NCBI RefSeq assembly: GCF_001194135.2
Contig: NC_068981.1
Location: forward strand, 93,712,550 to 93,776,549
Direction of reading: 5' to 3'
Origin: Octopus bimaculoides
Lineage: Eukaryota
Length of the DNA stretch: 64,000 bases
The notes under the pieces were generated by a model, which saw nothing but the letters and a program-made list of their open reading frames with translations, did not search any database and was not told the DNA's origin. The stretch's first letter is position 1. Each line of letters begins with the position of its first letter. Position numbers and translations under genes: made by a program. Positions 25,529-39,246 of the stretch are shown here, one piece after another.

Positions 25529-25540
25529 TGTGTGTGTGTG
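24943..25540. repeat. Compound (GT)/(GTCT) microsatellite with a higher-order duplicated block, spanning a gap
   Basis: The block ...GTGACTGTGTGTGTCTGTGTCTGTGTTTGTGTG occurs twice, ~156 bp apart. Confidence 0.85.
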
Positions 25541-25542
25541 TA

Positions 25543-25900
25543 CACGAGACGCATTTCATAATATATGAAACTTTTTCAGGAGAGATATTTATTATTTTCA
25601 AAGAAGTACAAAACTCTCATCTCCTTCAGAGTTGGATCGTATGATTTCAATGCACTTGTTGCATTATTCCCACCACTTCAAGGCCTCATGGAAGTCCTTC
25701 AAAGCGAAGGGATTTAGGACTCTTGTCACAGCCTCCGTCTTTTCAAAACATCTGTCCTTAAAGTTCTCTTTCAGCTTAGGGCACAACCAAAATTCACAGG
25801 GTGCAACGACTGGACTGTAGAGAGTGTGAGAGGCGGTTCTAATCCCCATCGCTGTCAAGTTCTTGGCTATCAAGAAGGAATTGTGACTGGCAGCTTTTAG
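25543..25900 (-). mobile_element. mariner-like transposon, 3' fragment
   Basis: SHTLYSPVVAPCEFWLCPKLKENFKDRCFE corresponds to the mariner YSPDLAPxD region; degenerate TIR next to TA at 25541. Confidence 0.8.
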
Positions 25901-26090
25901 CAGGCTGTGATAAGCAGTGTTTAATAGGGGGTGTTCAAAGTGCTCTTACAGCTATCTCCATCGATCTGGGATAAAATGGTCGGCAGGTCAGCTTATTAGG
26001 TGTATAGTATTGATATACTAGAGTTAAAATAATCTAAGACAGTTAAACAGCCTATCTTTAAAATGTCTCAAATGTTTTAGGATGCCCCTT

Positions 26091-26137
<47 letters not shown>

Positions 26138-26169
26138 GTATATANNNNNNNNNNNNNNNNNNNNNNNNN

Positions 26170-26203
<34 letters not shown>

Positions 26204-26261
26204 GTATGTATTATGTGTATGTGTGTGTATTTATATATATATATATATATTATCTTTTATC

Positions 26262-26425
26262 TTTTACTTGTTTCAGTCATTAGACTTCGGCCATGCTGGG
26301 GCACCGCCTTGAATTTTTAGTCAAATGAATCAACTTCGGCACTTATTCTATCGGTATCTTTTGCCGAACCGCTCAGTTACGGGGAGGTAAACACACCAAC
26401 ACAGGTTGTCAAGCGATAACGGGAG
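26262..26425 (-). mobile_element. SINE 3' module B
   Basis: Reverse complement of 3663-3850 (TTTTACTTGTTTCAGTCATT...GTAAACACACCAACACAGGTTG). Confidence 0.75.
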
Positions 26426-27274
26426 TACAAACGCAAACTCAAAGACACACACATAGTTATATGTACATATATATAGCTCCTGTGGAGAGCTCTTCATTAG
26501 GCCTTGGGCTCAACAATGACACACTTGATTACATATTAAATTTTATTAAATTTGAACAATATTTTTCAAGCAATGAATGATTTTCTTCAGAACTGATATA
26601 ATTTGTTGACTTGGAACTTATTGCAAAGCTGCATGATAAACTACAGTACCACCATCGCCACCGCATCTACCATATACACACCATTCAGACTTCTGACGCC
26701 ACCACCATCAATACCCTTGACCTCGCCACCTTCCCCTCCACCACCATCACCACTCTCTTTCATATCGCTTACTCTCACCGTCATCCCTGATCGCCTCGGC
26801 TACCGCCACCATCATCGTCACCGCCGTCTCCGCCTCTAACACAACTACAGCTCAAACTATTACTATCATCCCATTACCATCAGTGTTCAGTATGTTAGTA
26901 TGTTGGTTCAGTGTTCAGTTCTCTCACACACCCACTCTTTCTCTCTCTCTTATCATTACTCCCACTGCCACCATCAACACTACTACTTTTGATAAAACAT
27001 CATCAACTCTCCCTAAATTTCTTTCTCTCTCTTTCTCTCCCTCCCTTTTTCTTTCTTTCTCTCTCTTTCTCTCCCTCCCTTTTTCTTTCTTTATCTCTCT
27101 CTCTCTCTCTCTCACTCTCTCTCTCTCTCACTCTCTCTCTGTCTTTGCCACCACCCTCGCCGTCTTTATACCTACTATTACTCTTACCCCAGCACGAGGA
27201 ATAGTAGAAGTGTCATTGAATAGTGAGATAGCAGGGTCAAAGTGAGGCACACTGACACACAGAAATTCGATATA

Positions 27275-27420
27275 TACGAAAGGCTTCTTTCAGTTTCCGT
27301 CTACCAAATCCACTCACTAGGATTTGGTCGGCCTGAGGCTATAGTAAAAGACACTAAGGTGCTGCGCAGTATGACTGAACTCGGAACCATGTGGTTGAGA
27401 AGCAATACACGCGCACATTT
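27275..27420 (-). mobile_element. SINE family A
   Basis: CTTCTTTCAGTTTCCGTCTACCAAATCCACTCAC...GGAACCATGTGGTTG is the reverse complement of the 893-1054 type. Confidence 0.75.
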
Positions 27421-29124
27421 TGTAATAGAATTATGTTATTTATTATAACCATAGATTTATTGCTGGGCCAATCCACATTTATTGAACCAGGTTGTGAAGA
27501 ATGAATGAGAGTATAACTCAAAATCACGGATGTCAAGAAGAGTGAACAACATCGATTTACTTATGCACTTATATATAAATAATAAGTACAGTATATAAAA
27601 GGGAGTAATCATGCAGGGGCTGTAGTATTGATTGACTTTCTTGTAGAGAGTCAAGACTACGTTTGTGCTGATACCAAATACCCTGGCTGTTTCCCTGCAG
27701 TACGCATACTCTAGAATAAAGGAAAACATTTTTGTGCCACTTATTGAATACACACCAAACTTTTCTTTGTGGAGTTCAAAGATGTATACTAATATCCCTC
27801 ACGTTCAAGTTAAGGGTCTTGGTGCCCCTTTCTCTACCCTGCAGTTGGCATATACATCCCACCATGCAGTGTAATAAGCTGCATTTTCTAATACGCACCC
27901 GCCATTTTGTAAGAGAGAAAGATCTGAGGCGATCAATATGAACGCATATGTGACTTACGTGATATATGTGCATATTCGAAGAATTATTCTGTAAGTGATA
28001 TAGGAACATTTATTTCCATGGATTTCCATATATTTTCCTTGCTTCAGAACTGCACACAGTACCAAAATATATTTTCAGGAAGAAACTGTTCATTTCTTTT
28101 CCTTTTTTATTTCCTGAACCAACCTAAGCTTGGTGCATCGTCTGATTTCTTAGTCTGGCTTGTAAAATTTTGCACGTCTTTTAGTTTCCAGCTTGATGGT
28201 GGTATGTTGACCAATTCTCTTTTTATTACAGTATCAGACTTCATGTAAAAGATTTTACTACAAATAGTACCAGAATGAAGGCTTTGCTTGATTTCAGCGC
28301 TACAGACTACTCGTTCATACGGTGCGTATTAGAAATGATGTAAGGATTCAGAGTGCAAAAGATTATAATAACAAGAATTTATTTCTATTTTTTCTTTCTT
28401 CCCCAAAGTATTTGCTACAAATGTACACACTTCAACAAAGTATAACATTTCTTCAAATAAATATCTACGCCATGATAAAGCAAAATGACCGAATGCATGA
28501 TATACTTTAACTATCTAATTATGATTCCTAAGTTCAAATACGCTGGAGATCAATTTCTTCACTTAAATTAGCTATCTCAAACAGTAATCATAAAGTCGTT
28601 GAATACTAACTACTATATACCAGCGTCTTCTCCAAGACTAATGCGTCTTTCACCTACTTCACGATTATGAAAACCAAGCACTGTCGTTCAATTAGCCAAA
28701 CGAAAATCAGAAAATATTTATTTCATGTACGGAGTTTACAAATCTCTTGGTGAAAAAACACATCGTCGGCACCGGATAGAGTTGAAATTAAGATGTAAAG
28801 AGAAGGAGATAAATGTACCTAATTTTATGGGCTTCGCTTTTTCTACCAACTTGCTGATATTAACACTATTAATGGTATTTCTTTATGGGTCGTAACAAAA
28901 TGATCGCATGTTATTAGAGTTGAGGTTCTGTAAAAAATTATACTGCAAGCAGTACAAGAAAGCTCATAGTATACTAAATGAAAAGCAAATGCATAATATC
29001 TAAGCAAAGTGATTTACAAATTCATGGAAGTTTGGATTGTATTGTCGCTATTACAATGGGGATATGAAAGGAGAGAATAACTACACCTGCTAAATCACCA
29101 GGCGATTATGTGTATGCGTTGTGC

Positions 29125-29168
<44 letters not shown>

Positions 29169-30150
29169 GTGTATGAAGTAAGAATATAAACGTATTTTCT
29201 ATGCATCTGATACGCAGGAAAAAGAGAGTCTGCTGGTGGAAGTCTTATGCACAACACGGCGTGAATCAAAAGAAATTAAATAAATTTAAATATTGCGAAA
29301 CCTTTCTGAAAGATTAGTTAATGACGGGTCGTCAAAAGAACAAAGATGCAAATTAAATTATCCACTTTGGTGCCAGCTTAAATATGACTGTTTTATATTA
29401 TAGCTTAATGATAGAAGGAAGCCGGGTACGTCTTCTCTGAGAGGCGGTTAACAAACTATAAAGCGGTCCGTCAAGAGACTCCCTCACTTTTTTTCCATAC
29501 AGTGAAAGCATAGCATGGCTGGTATTATATTCCTATTTCACTTACATCGAGTACCTGAAATATTTAAATTTCTTCCATTTGTATAATATGTGTGTAAATG
29601 TGTGTGCATGGAGATTAACTGACAGACATATATATATATATAAAGAGAAAGAGAGACAGATAGAGTGAAGGAAAGAGAGACAGATAGAGAGAAGGAAAGA
29701 GAGAGAGAGAGAACTAAGGATGAAGCGAGACAGAGGAAGATAGGTATCTGCACGGATAGCAACGACAATGAATGTGTGGAATGATTCATAGCTTAAGTGT
29801 GAAGAGCAGTTGTGCCAATATTAGACAGACATATTAAAATCAGATTCTCTGCAACAGGAGACATAGTGGTGACAAGTAGTATACAATGCTCTAAATACGT
29901 TTCTTGTGAGTGAGAGTAGTTTATATGTGAGAGTTGAAAGAAGGTAGAGTAAATGCGACTCCTACAATGGTTTCGACAATCATATCTACATAAATTAGTG
30001 CAAAAACAAAAAAAGAAACGTTAAAATAAAGATAAATTCACGACGAAAATTGGTTTAGAAAAATTTCCTCTGTGTACGTGTGCATACATATAAACACAAA
30101 CAGAACACACACATATATACACACACACACCTACACACACACACACACAC

Positions 30151-30222
<72 letters not shown>

Positions 30223-30262
30223 GTCTATACATACTTACTTACATACATACATAAGTACATCC

Positions 30263-30293
<31 letters not shown>

Positions 30294-30914
30294 CATACAT
30301 ACATACATACATACACACATGTGTGTGATATGTTATATAGACGACATCACTGGCCTCGAGTTAAACATTTTTATTAATGATTTCTCATCTGTTGACCAAC
30401 AAAAACCTATTACAGCACATTGTAATACAGAACACGGGAGAGAAAAGAAACAGATAGAAAAGCATTATTGAATAGCAATGTTGTTATATATAGCTTTCCA
30501 CTCTAAAAGAAAAACTAGAAATTGTAGAGCTTAATGAATAGAAAAATATAAACCTAAAATCAACACATATATACAGCATATGTAGAATAAAGAAGAACCA
30601 AGAGTTAACCGTTAAAAAATGCATTAAATCTTGTGATATTGATCATTCCCATAATCCTCTAGTATCTACAACAAAATACCACAACTGCCTTCTACTATCA
30701 TCACTTCATTTACAAGGTGGAGTCAAGATGGTTTTGAAATGTTAATGGACTTAGCAACCTTAGTGTTGCGAACTAAATGTATTGGACGAATAAGGAAATA
30801 TGAAAGAAATGACCACACATCTTCAATGTGGAATTTTTGAAAGGAATATTCCTCATACTTACAAATAATTAAGAGAGAGGAAGAGACAAAGAGATATAGG
30901 GAGAGAGAGACAGC

Positions 30915-30959
<45 letters not shown>

Positions 30960-31984
30960 TACACAGACACACATTGATGTTAAATTCCACACAATATATA
31001 TATATATATATATATATANNNNNNNNNNNNNNNNNNNNNNNNNNNNNNNNNNNNNNNNNNNNNNNNNNNNNNNNNNNNNNNNNNNNNNNNNNNNNNNNNN
31101 NNNNNNNNNNNNNNNNNNNNNNNNNNNNNNNNNNNNNNNNNNNNNNNNNNNNNNNNNNNNNNNNNNNNNNNNNNNNNNNNNNNNNNNNNNNNNNNNNNNN
31201 NNNNNNNNNNNNNNNNNNNNNNNNNNNNNNNNNNNNNNNNNNNNNNNNNNNNNNNNNNNNNNNNNNNNNNNNNNNNNNNNNNNNNNNNNNNNNNNNNNNN
31301 NNNNNNNNNNNNNNNNNNNNNNNNNNNNNNNNNNNNNNNNNNNNNNNNNNNNNNNNNNNNNNNNNNNNNNNNNNNNNNNNNNNNNNNNNNNNNNNNNNNN
31401 NNNNNNNNNNNNNNNNNNNNNNNNNNNNNNNNNNNNNNNNNNNNNNNNNNNNNNNNNNNNNNNNNNNNNNNNNNNNNNNNNNNNNNNNNNNNNNNNNNNN
31501 NNNNNNNNNNNNNNNNNNNNNNNNNNNNNNNNNNNNNNNNNNNNNNNNNNNNNNNNNNNNNNNNNNNNNNNNNNNNNNNNNNNNNNNNNNNNNNNNNNNN
31601 NNNNNNNNNNNNNNNNNNNNNNNNNNNNNNNNNNNNNNNNNNNNNNNNNNNNNNNNNNNNNNNNNNNNNNNNNNNNNNNNNNNNNNNNNNNNNNNNNNNN
31701 NNNNNNNNNNNNNNNNNNNNNNNNNNNNNNNNNNNNNNNNNNNNNNNNNNNNNNNNTGTGCCAAAATTTGAAATCAATATTAATAAGAGTTACTTTCAGA
31801 AAAAAAAAAACAAGTTGAGATGAATAAATCGTTAGAAATATATACTTATTCATAAATTTCATGATTTGGGACAAACTGTGGTGCTTCGTTTTATGAATTT
31901 TACCAGTTTTAGTGTTATATGTGAGTGAAACATTCTGAAGATTTTCTCTCGTCAATATATATATATATATATATATATATATCG

Positions 31985-32082
31985 TTTTTTAAAACTCTGT
32001 AAAAGAACTCGGAGAGTTGGCCGTCCAACCAGGCCTTTCGCGACACCCTTAAAGCCAGGAACTTTTCAGCACCTCCTCGTAT
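31985..32082 (-). mobile_element. Partial copy of a mariner-derived MITE
   Basis: TIR AAAGCCAGGAACTTTTCAGCACCTCCTCGTA and adjacent sequence match 49900-49980 in reverse. Confidence 0.75.
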
Positions 32083-32636
32083 ATATTTCTCGTTAAACAT
32101 CTCAATGAAAAATTATAAATTACTCTGAATAAGATACAAGAAATAAAAGGACAAGTATTTGATACACATATACAGCTAAGTTCCTAATTTACACTAAATC
32201 GAAATTGTTAGCGAACACTGTGTCTATGTCAATCTTAGTTAATTGTAAACAGCTGTCTTTCTCTTCAGCAGAAAATGATAGATTTCTCCAACCAGTATCG
32301 GTCCCTTTGGGCATCTTATCAAGAGCAAGGCACCCGTTTTAACAGTCCAATACGATAATGTATATGAAACCGCTAAATTGGAAATTCCGATTTATATAAA
32401 TAGTGCATTGCTAGCAGCTAATTTCATTAATAAATTACTGACGTATTAAACAGTCTGTGGTCTCACTACAACGTACATTAGAATAAATATTGCTTTCGCC
32501 AGTTTTGTGTGTATTGAATAAACTTAATGCACAGAACATTTATAAACAACTTTTGTAAATTACGAAATAGATTTTTGTAATGCCTTATACATACACATAC
32601 ACACACACATACATATACATACATATATATACATGC

Positions 32637-32696
<60 letters not shown>

Positions 32697-32943
32697 ATGT
32701 GTGGGTGTGCGTGTGTGTGTATACATCATTTCTGTATGTGTGTGTGCGCGTGCATGTGTGTGTGCGCGTGCATGTGTGTGTTTGTGTGTGTATGTGCGTA
32801 TGTGTGTGTGTATGTGTACGCACACACGTTTATGTGTGTATGCATGTGTACGATTTGGACAGAAATATCCATTAAAGTGTGCCTGTTGGTTATTTACTTC
32901 TCTAACTCTATATCTATCAAGGGAAATAGCGAGAAGGGGAAAA

Positions 32944-33023
<80 letters not shown>

Positions 33024-33049
33024 AACTTTGATAAGATTAATACCCCCAT

Positions 33050-34270
33050 GAGTTCCAGAAGGTCAAAGTTCTTGGGAAATTTTAGCGGAGCGATTAAATC
33101 AGAAGCTGGTTGTTCGACACAATATGAGTGATGAAGCGACGAGTGGGTTGGGAATGCCTAAATGTGTATGGCATAAGTTCATCCAGTTCCGAGATACAGA
33201 TAATATAAAGAATAGTAGCAGAAAAGCAAGCGGTGTGGAGGCGATCAAATGTACCCGTAGGTCAGATGATAGACAGTGTCTGTGAGTAACTTCATGCAAG
33301 TAGACGAGTAACTCTTTTCTGCATGGGTTCTAAGATCTTGTGCCAGCAGAAACAGCTCCATCCCAAGTGTATGAGTACTGTGGGCCTCACCTGAGCCTTT
33401 GTTGTGTCGACGCCCCCAAGAGAAGAAATAGGATCGTCCAAGACATATAAATAGAGGTAGTCTAGCCGTGGTAAAGAGTTGAGTAGCGTTTGAGTAGCAG
33501 TCGTGTAGCGGTTGAGTAGAGATCATCCGAAGGTGCTAGATAGCAGTTTCTTGAGACATAACAGACTTTTAGACTTTTAATAATTGTTGGGGTCTGAAAT
33601 ATCTTCTGACACTGAAGAGGAAGGCCTTTCATTGGGATACGATCGACCCTAACCAGGTTAAGGATGTGTTTTTGCCAGGAGAGATCCTCGTTGATAGTAA
33701 AGCCCAGTATTAGGGTCTAATCGCATGCTGCTGATTTTTCAGTCGGATCTGTTGTATTTGTGTTTTTTTTTCTTTCTTTTTGCTGTTGAAAGAGACAAAA
33801 TTGGAATATTCCTTCCCCATTAGAAGATGTTCTGGGTCTTTCTTTAGGAAATTGGTCCGTGTTTGGTGTCTCGTATTTTGGTTTTGTATGTATAATGCTT
33901 GATTGGAAAAGGCTAGAGAAGAACGAAAAGCAGTGCCATCGGCATAAGGATAGACTTGTTGGGTGTGACAAGAGAGTGAGGATCAAAACCAAATTATGGA
34001 ACATGCCAAAGTTCAAACCATTCAGGCAAAGCAGTTTCATCAAGACACACTGTGATCGTGCGAAGCGATAGTGAGCGGCCGATCCAAAAGATGGGAGACG
34101 GGTGGATCCTATACGCAATCAGTTTCGATAGGTAATTTACCAGTTACAAACGGTCAAAAGCTTTGCTGATGCTGAAGGCAACAACATTGCTTTCACCAAA
34201 TTTCTCAAAGGCGAATCTTACTGAGGAGTGACATAAATATACAAACACAATAGTAGGTAACGGATGGTGA
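33050..34270 (-). mobile_element. Decayed non-LTR retrotransposon RT region (probably APE-type; CR1/Jockey/I-like)
   Basis: Minus strand: EKFGESNVVAFSISKAFDR (~34210-34155), GMFHNLVLILTLL (degenerate GVPQGSVLSP), VYPYADG (YADD), LGFTINEDLSWQKHI, and KAQVRP...MQKRVTRL downstream of a nested LTR. Confidence 0.8.
33400..33563 (+). mobile_element. Short solo LTR (164 bp) nested in the LINE
   Basis: TGTTGTGTC...GACATAACA terminal inverted repeat; TSD GCCTT/GACTT (1 mismatch); same family as 6618-6780. Confidence 0.8.
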
Positions 34271-35134
34271 GTAGGCAAAGAGACAAATAAGATTCATTTA
34301 GTGTTAAATGAAGGCCGACAATCCTTAGAGGAGGAAATGCGAGTGACAGGGTATCTAATTAAACTTGTAAAAGATGGTTGAAAAGGGTAACTGTTGTGTA
34401 TCTAATATAAGTTGACTTGTTTGTTTTAGCTGTGTTGTATGTAAATATGTGCGTGTATTTGCTGGTGAATTTGTAAATGCGTGTTAAAATTGGTGTATAT
34501 GTTTGTTGAATAGAAATATATATTGTATAGAGGAGGTAATTTAAGAGCACAATCAAATAAAGTTTAAATTTATAATTTTTCTCGAAAAACATTAAATTCT
34601 TCATAAATCTAATATTTATGTGCCAATTTATACTATATATTATGTTCGATGAATTTAAGTACCATTATACATCTTACATGTGTCTATTTATATTTATGTA
34701 TATGCTTCTGTGTGTAAAGCGAAAGTGTATTAAGTGATTTATTTGTGGAACTTTCAGATCTCACAAAGCATCGACAAAAATGTTTAAAATAATTTAAAGT
34801 AACTTGCAGATATTCTAGTAAACTTTTTAATACTAATGTTTTTGACAGTATAAAATTAATTGCAGATACGTATACCCATGAATATTATACGAAATAAAAT
34901 TAGGAGTAGAATTTTAAAACTATATGAAATCTTAAGTATAATGTCCATCGTAAATATAAGCCCGTTAACTATATAAGCATGGACGAATTCAGAGTTATAA
35001 TCGTATACATATTTACCTGCCCAGTTGAATGCACTATGTATTTCTGTTTAATGTAGATAAATATATATAGTAGCACAATTTGTAAACATTTATAACTTGA
35101 GATACATTAAGTTATTCAATATACAGGATATTAT

Positions 35135-35348
35135 AAGGCGGCGAGCAGGAAGAATCGTTAGCACGCCAGGCCTAATGCTTAGCGGCGTTTCTTTTAACTT
35201 TAAGTTCTGAATTCAAATTCCGTCAAGGCTGGTTTGCCTTTCCTCTTTTCGGCATCGATAAAATAAGTACCAATCGAGCGCTAGGGTCGATGTAATTGAC
35301 TTACCCGTTCCCCCGAAATTGCTGTCCTTGTGCCAAAATTTGAAAACA
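35135..35348 (+). mobile_element. SINE family D, full length
   Basis: GGCGGCGAGCAGGAAGAATCGTTAGCACG (A-box), CTGAATTCAAATTCC (B-box), GGGTCGATGTAATTGAC, end GTGCCAAAATTTGAA. Confidence 0.8.
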
Positions 35349-35534
35349 ATATACAAGGTATTAAGTTGCTAGTTAAATATATTTATTGATGTGTAAATTA
35401 GAAAACATGAGTACTAATATATAATTCATTATACTTTATAGAACGCATATATAAATTTGTAAAATTTATACGTGTTCTATATGCGTAAATACATCAATAC
35501 ACGCAGACAAATTCAGAGACATACATACATGCAC

Positions 35535-35618
<84 letters not shown>

Positions 35619-35638
35619 TGAGATTTATAATTATATAC

Positions 35639-35745
35639 AAAATATATAATCATAATGAAAGGTACTTGGAAAAAGTACCAACATGCTAGAAATAGAAGTC
35701 ATTTGGTACTTTTACCAAGTACCCTTCATTATGATTATATATTTT
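35639..35745. repeat. 43-bp inverted repeat with 21-nt spacer
   Basis: 35639-35681 vs 35703-35745, 2 mismatches; each arm also contains a GGTACTT..AAGTACC mini-palindrome. Confidence 0.9.
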
Positions 35746-35892
35746 ATAATATTTCAGTGACAAACCAAGCTGAGCACTTATAGTATATATCTATTACATT
35801 AAGTCATTAGGCGAAAACCTTTATTATAACATACTTATAGATACTTATAGATATCTATACTACATATATTCTTGTATAAATATGTGAACGTG

Positions 35893-35926
<34 letters not shown>

Positions 35927-36539
35927 NNNNNNNNNNTATATATATATATATGCATGTATGCATGTATACGATTTATATTATGTATGTAAATATATACATA
36001 CATATACTTTATTTTTGCGTCCTAAACTTTGCTAATGGCTAGATATCATTTTAATGGACATTAACAATCTTCCAGTCGAAGTTACTTGACAATATCACTC
36101 AAGAACAGACATTTTTAAAAGCCTGTTTATTGCAATATTAATGGTTGACTTTGTTCTAAATGACAATTCATTAGGTCATACGCACAAAACGTATACCGAT
36201 AGTAGATTCTAAGTTGTTTATTTGATATTGTTGCTGTTGCTCTTTTCGATGGCCTTCGTTGAAGGTTTAGTTATAGTTGTTTCCAGACCTTACAACGTCT
36301 GAGAACTGAGAGAATGTAAAGGCACTGGATGGTAAAGAAAAAAAAAAGAAACATTCACTGATTAAATAGAAGATGAAGATACTGGACTGTTTATATCTAA
36401 TAAGCCGAAATTAAACCGAAGCATTCTAGGGGTGTCAATGTGCTTAAGACAAATCACTGTATTTTCTAATGGAGCTAACCCCGTATTTCAATAATAGCGA
36501 GCCGTCGACTACTGCGATCTGTGGTTGTACGATGACGGG

Positions 36540-36703
36540 AATATCCTTTTCTACTCTAGGCACAAGGCCCGGAATTTTGACGCAGGTGGTGGGGAACTAG
36601 TCGATTAGATCGACCCCAGTACGCAACTGGTACTTAATTTATCGACCCCGAAAGGATGAAAGGCAAAGTCGACCTCGGTGGAATTTGAACTCAGAACGTA
36701 AAG
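36540..36703 (-). mobile_element. SINE family D (3' two-thirds)
   Basis: GTCGATTAGATCGACCCCAGTACGCAACTGGTACTTAA...GGAATTTGAACTCAGAAC; near-identical core at 46675-46770. Confidence 0.8.
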
Positions 36704-38934
36704 ATCATTCTGATCAGAACTTCGTGGCGTTGGGGTAAATTTTAATCCTTTAGTTAGTATACTGATTTTTGTTGCAGAGAGAGTTTTCTTCGATAAATTT
36801 CTTTGGGTTTACTCTGTATGTTTCGTTCCAATCAAAGAAGCAGACAAAGGAGGGTGGAGAAAACTGTACTACAGTGTGAACCAATGTTACCCACACATTC
36901 CCTGATCCCATAAATGCTACCCAGCACGGTTAGCGAGAGAGAGAGAGAGAGAGAGAGAGAGGGGGAGAGAAAGAGAGGGAGATGAAGGAGAGAGAGACAT
37001 ACAGACAAACAGACAGACAGAAGCAAAATCGTAATGATCTCCTCGACAGTATAAGAAGGGAATGTCCCGCAGTGCAATTTGTATGCAAACTCATAAACAT
37101 ACGAATTTTATGCAAGTACTGAATGGTGAGAATAAAAGACAATAAGAGCAATAAAAAAAGTAAGCGAGAGAGAGAGATAGGGAAGAGAAGGAAGTAGAAA
37201 GAGAGAGACAGAGTCAAAAACTGTCTAAGAGAGATGCTCGTAGCCAAATTAATAAAAGCTATTATAAAACTCTAATGATTAAGTAGAATGGAACTGTTTT
37301 TGATTATTTCATTCAAATCAACCAACGATAACTTCTAAATTTAGTAATATAAACAACTTCGAACGGAAATTGTGATTTTCTTATCTGCCAATTTCAGATA
37401 ATTTTCAAAGAATAGATGAAGTATTAATCCACTCAGAAGCACTTTAATATCTGCAAGTTTCTGCCAATTCGAAAATTATAGGGGATAAATACCCAATGAG
37501 GTGAATCTGTTTTAAACTGGTTTAAGAGAAGCATCTCACTTTCTGGATAGAAACACCAGTTCATTCTTCACTTTTTGTTTCTTCAATTATTTTGTTTCGT
37601 GCTTCTTGTGTNNNNNNNNNNNNNNNNNNNNNNNNNGTGTGTGTGTGTTTTGTTGGTTGCAGGTTTTAAACAGGCCAGTCACAGGTTCACAGCATTTGCG
37701 ATGGTGGTACTGTCATAGAAGCACCTGGTAAAATTTCAGCAGAACAAATAGCAAAAGATTTTTTAAAGGCACTTCTTTATCTGTGTAAAATATACACAGA
37801 CACAAGCACGCACTCATACACACACTCGCACATGCATGCATACTCACCGTTAAACACATACACACACGTAATACATACACACGTAGAGGTTGATAGCTAC
37901 ATAGGATGATAAAGACACAGATAGTTGCATACACACTTACATGCATACGTACGCACATACGAAATGCCGTCGAAATCAGTTACGTCGGTATAAAGGAATT
38001 ATTCATTTTTCCGCGATGAATTTTATCCTCTAGAACTTTTGCCATTGATACAAGCTTGATAAAAAAAATTTTAAAAAAACGTTTATCTTCTTTGTAAATA
38101 TTCACAAAAGCACTTTTTTTAAGAAACATTATAGCGGAGATTTACTGAAATTCAGTGCACAGGATTACTTTTATTAATCCCATGGCTGGACAAGAGCTGA
38201 GGTCAGCTATTGCAGGTCGCAGAATAATCACGGAAAAATTCAGTGGGTTTTTGAATTTAACTGAGATCTGTATCAATTCTATAAAAAGGCTAGGAAAGAT
38301 CTATCGATAGTTTGCCTGAATAGGATGAAGAATAACAGGAATCTAAAATACCCCATCTACTCGAGCTTCAGTGCCAAATAACTATAACAACAGGCAACAT
38401 TCGTTGATAAAATATTTACTGTTATCGTCACAGATCACTAGAATCACACAGTAAATAAGAGTAGGGTTAGAGCAGAGAATTCATTTCCCGAGAAGATCGT
38501 AAACAGCAGGGCTGCAACCGATGCAATAAACATAAAACTGAGATGAACAGTGTCATTACACGAACGAGCTGTTACCGATTACGAACAGAAAATGAGTGGT
38601 CATATTTATCTCCACTTAAAGGGGGATGCTCTATAAGAACAAACTATACTGCAGGAGTTGCCATGAAAGAAACTCTCATATTTTATTTTTGTTTTTCTGT
38701 TTGTTTGTTTTTCATTTTGCACCAAATAGCCAATATGAGAGTTTCTCTTGTGGAAACTACAGCACTATAGTTTGTTCTAGTAGATCATCCACGTTTAAGT
38801 GGAGATAAATATTACCTTTTGGTATTAATACTGCCTNNNNNNNNNNNNNNNNNNNNNNNNNNNNNNNNNNNNNNNNNNNNNNNNNNNNNNNNNNNNNNNN
38901 NTATATATATATATATTTAAGACAATGAGCAAAG

Positions 38935-39246
38935 AATGGAGCACTCCGTCGGTTACGACGATGAAGGTCCCAGCTGATCCGATCAACGGAACAGCTTGCT
39001 CGTGAAATTAACGTGCAAGTGACTGAGCAATCCACAGACACGTGTACCCCTAACGTAGTTCTCAGGGAGATTCAGCGTGACACAGAGTGTGACAAGGCCG
39101 GCCCTTTGAAATACAGGTACTACTCATTTTTGCCAGCTGTGTGGACTGGAGCAACGGGAAATAAAGTGTCTTGCTCAAAGACACAACGCGTCGCCAGGAA
39201 TTGAACTCACGACCTTACGAATGCCCCAACCACTAAGCCACGCGCC
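38935..39246 (-). mobile_element. SINE family C, tail type 1, well preserved
   Basis: Reverse complement begins GGCGCGTGGCTTAGTGGTT, with B-box GAGTTCAATTCC, core GTTGTGTCTTTGAGCAAGACACTTTATT and end GTCGTAACCGACGGAGTGC. Confidence 0.85.

Noticed and set aside
27959-27988. Minus-strand 30-nt micro-exon-like segment with GTAAGT donor (similar 9-nt case at 29546-29554)
   Set aside because: Isolated, with no in-phase chain found; compatible with chance in AT-rich DNA.
27885-28335. 15-bp inverted repeat TTTCTAATACGCACC / GGTGCGTATTAGAAA about 435 bp apart
   Set aside because: No clear TSD and no second copy of the enclosed sequence, so a MITE cannot be supported.
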